Source: Paragordius varius (taxonomy: Eukaryota; Animalia; Nematomorpha). Taken from it: a stretch of DNA of 64,000 bases. The notes beneath the pieces were generated by a model. It saw nothing but the letters and a program-made list of their open reading frames with translations. It was not told the DNA's origin and did not search any database. Of this stretch, positions 1-14,052 are shown in pieces (the stretch's first letter is position 1; each line of letters starts with the position of its first letter). A program made the position numbers and the translations under genes. Location of the stretch: contig OZ176053.1 of assembly GCA_964247055.1 (NCBI GenBank), forward strand, positions 3,906,001-3,970,000. The letters are read 5' to 3'.

Positions 1-3000
1 TAAGCATGATTGTATGGATAATTACAACAATCAACCAAACATCTATAACAAACAAATTATAGTAACCATGATTGTAAGGGTAATTACAACAATCAACCAT
101 ACGTCTTTAACAAACAAATTATATTAAGCATGATTGTATGGGTAATTACAACAATCAACCAAACATCTATAACAAACAAATTATATTAAGCATGATTGTA
201 TGGATAATTACAACAATCAACCATACGTCTTTAACAATCAAATTATATTAACCATGAATGTATGGATAATTACAACAATCAACCATACCTCTTTAATAAT
301 CAAAATATATTAACCATGATTGTATGGATAATTACAACAATCAACCACACATCTTTAACAAACTAATTATATTAAGCATGATTGTATGGGTAATTACAAC
401 AATCAACCAAACATCTATAACAAACAAATTATATTAAGCATGATTGTATGGATAATTACAACAATCAACCAAACATCTCAAACAAACAAATTATAGTAAC
501 CATGATTGTAAGGGTAATTACAACAATCAATCATACATATTTAACAACCAAATTATATCAAGCATGATTGTATGGATAATTACAACAATCAACCATACCT
601 CTTACACTCAAATTATATTAAGCCATGATTGTATGTGTAATTACAACAATCAACCAAACATCTATAACAAACAAATTATATTAAGCATGATTGTATGGAT
701 AATTACAACAATCAACCATACCTCTTTAACAATAAAATTATATTATCCAAGAATCCATGAATATTTGCAACAATCAACCATACGTCTTTAACAATCAAAT
801 TATATTAACCATGAATGTATGGATAATTACAACAATCAACCATACCTCTTTAATAATCAAAATATAGTAACCATGACTGTATGGATAATTACAACAATAA
901 ACCATACATCTTTAACAAACAAATTATACTAAGCATTATTGTATGGGTAATTACAACAATCAACCAAACATCTATAACAAACAAATTATATTAAGCATGA
1001 TTGTATGGATAATTACAACAATCAACAATACCTCTTACACAATTAAATTATATAAACCATGATTGTAAGGGTAATTACATCAATCAACCATACGTCTTTA
1101 ACAAACAAATTATATTAAGCATGATTGTATGGGTAATTACAACAATCAACCATACCTCTTTAACAACCAAATTATATTAAGCATGATTGTATTGATAATT
1201 ACAACAATCAACAATACCTCTTACACAATCAAATTATATAAACCATGATTGTATGGATAATTACAACAATCAACCACATCTTTAACAAACAAATTATATT
1301 AAGCATGATTGTATGGGTAATTACAACAATCAACCAAACATCTATAACAAACAAATTATATTAAGCATGATTGTATGGATGATTACAACAATCAACCAAA
1401 CATCTATAACAAACAAATTATAGTAACCATGATTGTAAGGGTAATTACAACAATCAATCATACATATTTAACAACCAAATTATATCAAGCATGATTGTAT
1501 GGATAATTACAACAATCAACCATACCTCTTACACAATCAAATTATATTAAGCCATGATTGTATGGATAATTACAACAATCAACCATACATCTATAACAAA
1601 CAAATTATAGTAACCATGATTGTAAGGGTAATTACAACAATCAATCATACATATTTAACAACCAAATTATATTAAGCATGATTGTATGGATAATTACAAC
1701 AATCAACCATACCTCTTTAACAATAAAATTATAATATCCAAGCATCCATGAATATTTGCAACAATCAACCATACGTCTTTAACAATCAAATTATATTAAC
1801 CATGATTGTATGGATAATTACAACAATCAACCATACCTCTTTAATAATCAAATTATATTAACCATGACTGTATGGATAATTACAACAATCAACCATACAT
1901 ATTTAACATTTAAATTATATTAAGCCATGATTGTATGGGTAATTACAACAATCAACCATAGATATTTAACATTTAAATTATATTAAGCCATGATTGTATG
2001 GGTAATTACAACAATACACTATACATATTTAACAATCAAATTATATAAACCATGATTGTATGGATAATTACAACAATCAACCACACATCTTTAACAACCA
2101 AATTATATTAACCATGATTGTATGGATAATTACAACAATCAACCACACATCTTTAACAAACAAATTATATTAAGCATGATTGTATGGGTAATTACAACAA
2201 TCAACCAAACATCTATAACAAACAAATTATATTAAGCATGATTGTATGGATAATTACAACAATCAACCAAACATCTATAACAAACAAATTATAGTAACCA
2301 TGATTGTAAGGGTAATTACAACAATCAATCATACATATTTAACAACCAAATTATATCAAGCATGATTGTATGGATAATTACAACAATCAACCATACATAT
2401 TTAACAATCAAATTATATTAAGCCATGATTGTATGGGTAATTACAACAATCAACCATACATATTTAACAATCAAATTATATTAAGCCATGATTGTATGGG
2501 TAATTACAACAATCAACCATATATCTTTAACACTTAAATTATATTAATCATGAATGTATGGGTAATTACAACAATCAACTATACCTCTTTAACAATAAAA
2601 TTATATTATCCAAGAATCCATGAATATTTGCAACAATCAACCATACGTCTTTAACAATCAAACTATATTAACCATGAATGTATGGATAATTACAACAATC
2701 AACCATACCTCTTTAATAATCAAATTATATTAACCATGACTGTATGAATAATTACAACAATCAACCATACGTCTTTAACAAACAAATTATATTAAGCATG
2801 ATTGTATGGGTAATTACAACAATCAACCAAACATCTATAACAAACAAATTATATTAAGCATGATTGAATGGATAATTACAACAATCAACCATACCTCTTT
2901 AACAATAAAATTATATTATCCAAGAATCCATGAATATTTGCAACAATCAACCATACGTCTTTAACAATCAAATTATATTAACCATGAATGTATGGGTAAT

Positions 3001-6000
3001 TACAACAATCAACCAAACATCTATAACAAACAAATTATATTAAGCATGATTGTATGGATAATTACAACAATCAACAATACCTCTTACACAATCAAATTAT
3101 ATAAACCATGATTGTATGGATAATTACAACAATCAACCACATCTTTAACAAACAAATTATATTAAGCATGATTGTATGGGTAATTACAACAATCAACCAA
3201 ACATCTATAACAAACAAATTATATTAAGCATGATTGTATGGATAATTACAACAATCAACCATACCTCTTTAACAATAAAATTATATTATCCAAGAATCCA
3301 TTCAACCATACGTCTTTAACAATCAAATTATATTAACCATGAATGTATGGATAATTACAACAATCAACCATACCTCTTTAATAATCAAATTATATTAACC
3401 ATGACTGTATGGATAATTACAACAATCAACCATACGTCTTTAACAAACAAATTATATTAAGCATGATTGTATGGGTAATTACAACAATCAACCAAACATC
3501 TATAACAAACAAATTATATTAAGCATGATTGTATGGGTAATTACAACAATCAACCATACATATTTAACATTTAAATTATATTAAGCCATGATTGTCTGGG
3601 TAATTACAACAATCAACCATAGATATTTAACATTTAAATTATATTAAGCCATGATTGTATGGGTAATTACAACAATACACTATACATATTTAACAATCAA
3701 ATTATATTAACCATGATTGTATGGGTAATTACAACAATCAACCAAACATCTATAACAAACAAATTATATTAAGCATGATTGTATGGGTAATTACAACAAT
3801 CAACCATAGATATTTAACATTTAAATTATATTAAGCCATGATTGTATGGGTAATTACAACAATACACTATACATATTTAACAATGAAATTATATAAACCA
3901 TGATTGTATGGATAATTACAACAATCAACCACACATCTTTAACAAACAAATTATATTAAGCATGATTGTATGGATAATTACAACAATCAACCAAACATCT
4001 ATAACAAACAAATTATAGTAACCATGATTGTAAGGGTAATTACAACAATCAACCATATATCTTTAACACTTAAATTATGTTAACCATGAATGTATGGGTA
4101 ATTACAACAATCAACTATACCTCTTTAACAATAAAATTATATTATCCAAGAATCCATGAATATTTGCAACAATCAACCACACATCTTTAACAAACAAATT
4201 ATATTAAGCATGATTGTATGGATAATTACAACAATCAACCAAACATCTATAACAAACAAATTATAGTAACCATGATTGTAAGGGTAATTACAACAATCAA
4301 CCATATATCTTTAACACTTAAATTATGTTAACCATGAATGTATGGGTAATTACAACAATCAACTATACCTCTTTAACAATAAAATTATATTATCCAAGAA
4401 TCCATGAATATTTGCAACAATCAACCATACGTCTTTAACAATCAAATTATATTAACCATGAATGTATGGATAATTACAACAATCAACCATACCTCTTTAA
4501 TAATCAAATTATATTAACCATGACTGTATGGATAATTACAACAATCAACCATACGTCTTTAACAAACAAATTGTATTAAGCATGATTGTATGGGTAATTA
4601 CAACAATCAACCAAACATCTATAACAAACAAATTATATTAAGCATGATTGTATGGATAATTACAACAATCAACAATACCTCTTGCACAATCAAATTATAT
4701 AAACCATGATTGTAAGGGTAATTACAACAATCAACCATACATCTTTAACAAACAAATTATATTAAGCATGAATGTATGGATAATTACAACAATCAACCAT
4801 ACTTCTTTAATAATCAAAATATATTATCCATGATTGTATGGATAATTACAACAATCAACCACACATCTTTAACAAAGAAATTATATTAAGCATGATTGTA
4901 TGGATAATTACAACAATCAACAATACCTCTTACACAATCAAATTATATAAACCATCATTGTAAGGGTAATTACAACAATCAACCATACGTCTTTAACAAA
5001 CAAATTATATTAAGCATGATTGTATGGGTAATTACAACAATCAACCAAACATCTATAACAAACAAATTATATTAAGCATGATTGTATGGATAATTACAAC
5101 AATCAACCATACCTCTTTAACAATAAAATTATATTATCCAAGAATCCATGAATATTTGCAACAATCAACCATACGTCTTTAACAATCAAATTATATTAAC
5201 CATGAATGTATGGATAATTACAACAATCAACCATACCTCTTTAATAATCAAATTATATTAACCATGACTGTATGGATAATTACAACAATCAACCATACGT
5301 CTTTAACAAACAAATTATATTAAGCATGATTGTATGGGTAATTACAACAATCAACCAAACATCTATAACAAACAAATTATATTAAGCATGATTGTATGGG
5401 TAATTACAACAATCAACCATAGATATTTAACATTTAAATTATATTAAGCCATGATTGTATGGGTAATTACAACAATACACTATACATATTTAACAATCAA
5501 ATTATATTAACCATGATTGTATGGGTAATTACAACAATCAACCAAACATCTTTAACAATCAAATTATATTAACCATGATTGTATGGATAATTACAACAAT
5601 CAACCATACCTCTTTAACAATAAAATTATATTATCCAAGAATCCATGAATATTTGCAACAATCAACCATACGTCTTTAACAATCAAATTATATTAACTAT
5701 GAATGTATGGATAATTACAACAATCAACCATACCTCTTTAATAATCAAAATATATTAACCATGACTGTATGGGTAATTACAACAATCAACCAAACATCTA
5801 TAACAAACAAATTATATTAAGCATGATTGTATGGATAATTACAACAATCAACCAAACATCTATAACAAACAAATTATAGTAACCATGATTGTAAGGGTAA
5901 TTACAACAATCAATCATACATATTTAACAACCAAATTATATCAAGCATGATTGTATGGATAATTACAACAATCAACCATACCTCTTACACTCAAATTATA

Positions 6001-9000
6001 TTAAGCCATGATTGTATGGGTAATTACAACAATCAATCAAACATCTATAACAAACAAATTATATTAAGCATGATTGTATGGATAATTACAACAATCAACC
6101 AAACATCTATAACAAACAAATTATATTAAGCATGATTGTATGGGTAATTACAACAATCAACCATACATATTTAACATTTAAATTATATTAAGCCATGATT
6201 GTATGGGTAATTACAACAATCAACCATAGATATTTAACATTTAAATTATATTAAGCCATGATTGTATGTGTAATTACAACAATCAACCATACATATTTAA
6301 CAATCAAATTATATTAAGCCATGATTGTATGGGTAATTACAACAATCAACCATATATCTTTAACACTCAAATTATATAAACCATGATTGTATGGATAATT
6401 ACAACAATCAACCATACCTCTTTAACAATAAAATTATATTATCCAAGAATCCATGAATATTTGCAACAATCAACCATACGTCTTTAACAATCAAATTATA
6501 TTAACCATTAATGTATGGATAATTACAACAATCAACCATACCTCTTTAATAATCAAAATATAGTAACCATGACTGTATGGATAATTACAACAATCAACCA
6601 TACATCTTTAACAAACAAATTATACTAAGCATTATTGTATGGGTAATTACAACAATCAACCAAACATCTATAACAAACAAATTATATTAAGCATGACTGT
6701 ATGGATAATTACAACAATCAACCATACATCTTTAACAAACAAATTATACTAAGCATTATTGTATGGGTAATTACAACAATCAACCAAACATCTATAACAA
6801 ACAAATTATATTAAGCATGATTGTAAGGGTAATTACAACAATCAACCATACGTCTTTAACAAACAAATTATATTAAGCATGAATTTATGGGTAATTACAA
6901 CAATCAACCATACCTCTTTAACAACCAAATTATATTAAGCATGATTGTATTGATAATTACAACAATCAACAATACCTCTTACACAATCAAATTATATAAA
7001 CCATGATTGTATGGATAATTACAACAATCAACCATACCTCTTTAACAATCAAATTATATTAACCATGATTGTATGGGTAATTACAATAATCAACCATACC
7101 TCTTTAAAAATCAAATTATATTAACCATGATTGTATAGGTAATTACAACAATCAACCATACCTCTTTAAAAATCAAATTATATTAACCATGAATGTATGG
7201 GTAATTACAACAATCAACCATACATCTTACACAATCAAATTATATTAAGCCATGATTGTATGGATAACTACAACAATCAACCATACCTCTTACACAATCA
7301 AATTATATTAACCATGATTGCATAGGTAATTACAATAATCAACCATACCTCTTTAAAAATTAAATTATATTAACCATGACTCTATGGGTAATTACAATAA
7401 TCAACCATACCTCTTTAACAATCAAATTATATTAACCATGAATGTATGGGTAATTACAATAATCAACCATACCTCTTTAACAATCAAATTATAATAACCA
7501 TGAATGTATGGGTAATTACAACAATCAACCATACCTCTTACACAATCAAATTATATTAAGCCATGATTGTATGGATAACTACAACAATCAACCATACATC
7601 TTACACAATCAAATTATATTAAGCCATGATTGTATGGATAACTACAACAATCAACCATACCTCTTACACAATCAAATTATATTAACCATGATTGCATAGG
7701 TAATTACAATAATCAACCATACCTCTTTAAAAATTAAATTATATTAACCATGACTCTATGGGTAATTACAATAATCAACCATACCTCTTTAACAATCAAA
7801 TTATATTAACCATGATTGTATGGATAATTACAACAATCAACCATACCTCTAACACAATCAAATTATATTAAGCCATGATTGTATGGATAACTACAACAAT
7901 CAACCATACATCTTACACAATAAAATTATATTAAGCCATGATTGTATGGATAACTACAACAATCAACCATACCTCTTACACAATCAAATTATATTAACCA
8001 TGATTGTATGGATAATTACAAATATCAACCATACCTCTTACACAATCAAATTATATTAAGCCATGATTGTATGGATAATTACAACAATCAACCATACCTC
8101 TTACCCAATCAAATTATATTAACCATGATTGTATGGATAACTACAACAATCAACCATACCTCTTACACAATCAAATTATATTAACCATGATTGCATAGGT
8201 AATTACAATAATCAACCATACCTCTTTAAAAATTAAATTATATTAACCATGACTCTATGGGTAATTACAATAATCAACCATACCTCTTTAACAATCAAAT
8301 TATATTAACCATGAATGTATGGGTAATTACAATAATCAACCATACCTCTTTAACAATCAAATTATAATAACCATGAATGTATGGGTAATTACAACAATCA
8401 ACCATACCTCTTTAAAAATTAAAATATATTAACCATGATTGTATGGGTAATTACAATAATCAACCATACCTTTTTAACAATCAAATTATATTAACCATGA
8501 TTGTATGGGTAATTACAACAATCAACCATACCTCTTTAACAATCAAATTATATTAACCATGATTGTATGGGTAATTACAACAATCAACCATACCTCTTTA
8601 AAAATCAAATTATATTAACCATGATTGTATGGGTAATTACAACAATCAACCATACCTCTTTAACAATCAAATTATATTAACCATGATTGTATGGGTAATT
8701 ACAACAATCAACCATACCTCTTTAACAATCAAATTATATTAACCATGATTGTATGGGTAATTACAACAATCAACCATACCTCTTTAACAATCAAATTATA
8801 TTAACCATGAATGTATGGGTAATTACAACAATCAACCATACCTCTTTAAAAATTAAATTATATTAACCATGATTGTATGGGTAATTACAATAATCAACCA
8901 TACCTTTTTAACAATCAAATTATATTAACCATGATTGTATGGGTAATTACAACAATCAACCATACCTCTTTAACAATCAAATTATATTAACCATGAATGT

Positions 9001-10927
9001 ATGGGTAATTACAACAATCAACCATACCTCTTTAAAAATTAAATTATATTAACCATGATTGTATGGGTAATTACAACAATCAACCATACCTCTTTAACAA
9101 TCAAATTTTATTAACCATGATTGTATGGGTAATTACAATAATCAACCATACCTCTTTAAAAATTAAATTATATTAACCATGACTGTATGGGTAATTACAA
9201 TAATCAACCATACCTCTTTAAAAATTAAATTATATTAACCATGAATGTATGGGTAATTACAATAATCAACCATACCTCTTTAACAATCAAATTATAATAA
9301 CCATGAATGTATGGGTAATTACAATAATCAACCATACCTCTTTAAAAATTAAATTATAATAACCATGAATGTATGGGTAATTACAATAATCAACCATACC
9401 TCTTTAAAAATTAAATTATAATAACCATGAATGTATGAGTAATTACAACAATCAACCATACCTCTTTAACAATCAAATTATATTAACCATGATTGTATGG
9501 GTAATTACAACAATCAACCATACCTCTTTAAAAATCAAATTATATTAACTATGATTGTATGGGTAATTACAACAATCAACCATACCTCTTTAAAAATCAA
9601 ATTATATTAACTATGATTGTATGGGTAATTACAACAATCAACCATACCTCTTTAACAATCAAATTATATTAACCATGATTGTAAGGTAATTACAACAATC
9701 AACCATACCTCTTTAACAATCAAATTATATTAACCATGATTGTATGGGTAATTACAACAATCAACCATACCTCTTTAACAATCAAATTATATTAACCATG
9801 ATTGTATGGGTAATTACAACAATCAACCATACCTCTTTAAAAATCAAATTATATTAACCATGATTGTATGGGTAATTACAACAATCAACCATACCTCTTT
9901 AACAATCAAATTATATTAACCATGATTGTATGGGTAATTACAACAATCAACCATACCTCTTTAACAATCAAATTATATTAACCATGATTGTATGGGTAAT
10001 TACAACAATCAACCATACCTCTTTAACAATCAAATTATATTAACCATGAATGTATGCGTAATTACAATAATCAACCATACCTCTTTAACAATCAAATTAT
10101 ATTAACCATGAATGTATGCGTAATTACAATAATCAACCATACCTCTTTAAAAATCAAATTATATTAACCATGATTGTATAGGTAATTACAACAATCAACC
10201 ATACCTCTTTAAAAATCAAATTATATTAACCATGAATGTATGGGTAATTACAACAATCAACCATACCTCTTTAAAAATTAAATTATATTAACCATGATTG
10301 TATGGGTAATTACAATAAACCATACCTCTTTAACAATCAAATTATATTAACCATGAATGTATGGGTAATTACAATAATCAACCATACCTCTTTAACAATC
10401 AAATTATATTAACCATGATTGTATAGGTAATTACAATAATCAACCATACCTCTTTAATAATCAAATTATATTAACCATGAATGTATGGGTAATTACATCA
10501 ATCAACCACACCTCTTTAACAATCAAATTATATTAACCATGATTGTATAGGTAATTACAACAATCAACCATACCTCTTTAAAAATTAAAATATATAAACC
10601 ATGATTGTATGGGTAATTACAATAATCAACCATACCTCTTTAACAATCAAATTATATTAACCATGATTGTATGGGTAATTACAATAATCAACCATACCTC
10701 TTTAACAATCAAATTATATATGAATGTATGGGTAATTACAACTCTTTAAAAATTAAAATATATTAACCATGATTGTATGGGTAATTACAACAATCAACCA
10801 TACCTCTTCAACAATCAAATTATATTAACCAAGATTGTATGGGTTACAACAATCAACCATACCTCTTTAACAAACAAATTATATTAACCATGATTGTATG
10901 GGTAATTACAACAATCATCCATACATT
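1..10927. repeat. 62-bp tandem satellite, about 175 monomers; continues beyond the left edge
   Basis: Consensus is aaccatgattgtatgggtaattacaacaatcaaccatacctctttaacaatcaaattatatt (62 nt). In the homogeneous part the pattern shifts 2 nt per 60-nt line, giving a period of 62. Some 63-nt variants occur (aagccatg). The array ends at ...acaatcatccatacattttt near 10927. Confidence 0.98.
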
Positions 10928-12834
10928 TTTAAATTTTTGATAAATTAAAGATTAGTTTAATAAATATTCTTAGAGTTTTAAACATCATTAACTTCAGATG
11001 CATAATGATTGCCCTCGAATGCTTTAGAAGATGTTTGTTTCATAAAATCTAGCAACCAAGATTTTATTTTAGGGCCATATGTGGTTAGATCCTCCGAAGT
11101 CACTACAGTCATCGGTTTTCGCTGCTGAAATGAATTTCTTATAACATGATTAATATAATTTTGAGAAATTTGAGGATATATAGCCCTAACTTACAACAAA
11201 AAAAACGAAATAATCAACAATTATAATTGATTTAATTCTTACATGGTTTTCTAATAAAAAGACGAGGGAGGGGTTAAAATAATTTTGCAAAAAACAAAAC
11301 GATTATTTATCTTTTAACTAAAGAAACCAAACTATCAATGCAACAGTTGATATCCATCTCACCACCGTACAATCTGGCGTAACTACACCAACGAAATAGC
11401 GACAAATCGACCTGATCTTAACTACAACAAAAACTTTATTTTAAAAGATAGGGCTCAGAAAAAGTTATATGAATTTATAGATTTGAATTAAAAGGTATAT
11501 ACCATAGTCATAGAATGTAGTTACACTAAAGATCATTATTATATAAGTCAATATTGTTTGAAGCGATGCAAGAAATCCAAACAGGATATTTGGCAAAAAT
11601 TCTTTATCATAATTGTGCGAAGTATTAAGAATACAATGATTGAACGTTATGTTCGCTTAGCGATTATTTAGGATGACAACAATAATCAATTCAAAATAAT
11701 ATTTGTTATATGCAAAGTGTACAACAATCATATAATAGTAACTAGCGTATAACCAAAATTACATCATATAAAATATATGAAGTATGAGTAAATATACATT
11801 GTTAGTTTTTTTATTAAATTTGACAGATATCATATATAGCAAAGAGCATTTTGGCTAATAGCACTAAAAAGCGGAAAAATTTTAGGCCAATTATATCTCC
11901 TTTTGTTAAACATGCTAAATAGGAATTTTTGCTTACACTTTTAAAAACTTATGTATATCGTTCATTCAATAACTCTCAAAAGCACAATCCTATCTAGTGT
12001 CTCAAATTTGGCCTTCAGCAACACTATTTTTTATCGCTAATAAATATATTCCGAAAATAAAATGGTTCCGCGCCATATAAGATATATAAAAAAAAATAAT
12101 AACGCGCAAAATAGCTGGATAAAACTTAGCTGTAAGTTTATAGAAATATAGAGGAAAAGGCGTATTTATACATATAAATAAAAATGTAGAATATCAGCTT
12201 TGAGACAACAATGAGGAAAACGTTTATGCCCTATCTATACACCAAAAGTGAAACTTTAATCATTTATATAATCCTGAATATAGCTAAATTTTGGCCTTTT
12301 TTAAGGGCTTTATTTAACGTTAACCTATTTTGATGAATTGCCCTTCAGTTAAGGGTTTTTTGTTTTTTGCAAACTATTTCGAAATATTAAAAGAAGTTTT
12401 GGTTAATGTGGCATTTCTCTGGTTGTGTTTAAAGATTTTTGTCATGAATCTATTTGTTTTGTAGGAATTAAAAATTATTTTTTTATTTATTTTGTGTTTT
12501 GCTTCGTAGTGGCGATTCAGATTAAAATGCTTAAACTATTGGGACCTACCGAAAATTGCTTAAGGGCTAAAAAAATATTAAATTAAATTTCATAACAGGA
12601 ATGCATTTTTTCATGTCTGTGGTGACTTGAGAACCAATAAAACGATAAATTTATTAAGTTAAATCACAAAAAATTAACTTTATAAAATTTGCGGTGTTTA
12701 TATATTTATGTGTATATATATTTGCATGTTAAAACTAAGGTAAAATAACAGTGTTTAATACAATGATATATGAATTTAATTCGATTGCCTATAAAAGAAA
12801 ATCAAATTTTACATATAAATTTCTATATACTAAC

Positions 12835-14052
12835 ACAGAGTCCACAAAAAAATAACTTGAAAAAATATATATATTCTGACAAGAAAATATATCAGGATTA
12901 TCATGGTGCTTTTGGTTTTTACCCTTACGAGCTGTTTAAGAAAGGTTTATATACACTTTTATGGGAGCTCCATATCTGGAAATGGCAAAATTTGACATTT
13001 AGAACAAATTTTTTTGTTCAAAGCTAAATGCTTGATTCTTAAAATATCCTTAAAATGATAAACTACCTATAAAAAGCAAAATTATATTTTCAATAAAATT
13101 TAATTTTTAGATGTGGGCTCCGAAAATCCTAAATTTTTTTGCTCTTCTAAAATGGGCTAGTCCTTTTAGAGCAAAGTCCCTGGATGGCGAATCAAAATAA
13201 TAAATATATGCTTTTTGCTATCAAGTAATAATATTCTTATGAAAATGCATACTTTTTTTAAAAATTTAATTTTTTGCAAATTGTTCAAGCGCACATCAAA
13301 CTCTTTAAGACATGATGGAAACGGTATAAAAAAGCTTTAAGACATTATAAAAACACTTTTTCTATATACAATGCTAAACATTTCTATCACCTCAGAATTT
13401 TGATGAAAATATTCCTTCGTCTTCGAATTTATGTTAAATATAATTGTGTTGTTTTAAAAATACCAATATTTTAAGCAAACGAATATCCAAATTAAAACCC
13501 TGAAGCGATTTAGCATCGAATAATATAGAAAGAATATTGTTATAATATCTCAAATTATATTTAAACCGTTTCCCTCATGACTCAAAATAGTATAAAGTAA
13601 GTTTCAACAAAATTTTGCTCAAAACTTAGTTTTGAAAGAAGTATGCATTTTTTAAATATATTTTCACTTCATATCATAATTTAGAATATATTTAAAATAT
13701 TTATCACACAACGGTATTTTTAGGTTTATTTTGAGAGAAGTAGACCATTTAGAAAAAAATTTGGGACTTTTGAAGCGCACATCTAAATTGTTTTTTATAA
13801 AAAATATTGTTTAGCTTTTTATATGCAGTTTATAATATGTTTTAGAGACATTTTTTGGAATAAGCATTTTCACTAAAAGAATTTATTTAAAAAAATGGGA
13901 ATTTTGCCGTTTTCTAATATAATACACCTACGACTAAAGTGTAAATAACCTTTTTAAAATACTCATAAAGGCCAAATCAAAATCACCATGATAGTCCTGT
14001 ATCATTTTATATATTAGATACATATTTCAACAGTTCATTTTTATTACCGCTG
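12835..14052. mobile_element. About 1.2-kb non-autonomous DNA transposon forming an imperfect whole-element palindrome (foldback-like)
   Basis: Mirror motif pairs share one centre near 13445: catggtg 12902 / caccatg 13984-13990; ggaaacggt 13317 / accgtttcc 13565-13573; aatgggctagtcc 13151 / agtagaccattt 13739. Related copies start at 16403, 17031 and 28805. No coding capacity. Confidence 0.7.

Noticed and set aside
1-7000. CRISPR-like alternation of a constant ~36-nt core and a variable ~26-nt tail
   Set aside because: The variable parts are homologous point variants reused many times, not unique spacers. There are no cas genes and the context is eukaryotic. It is a satellite.
564-7699. ORFs 564-791, 5947-6129 and 7508-7699
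   Set aside because: They are chance stop-free runs through the 62-bp repeat, and the frame shifts every monomer.
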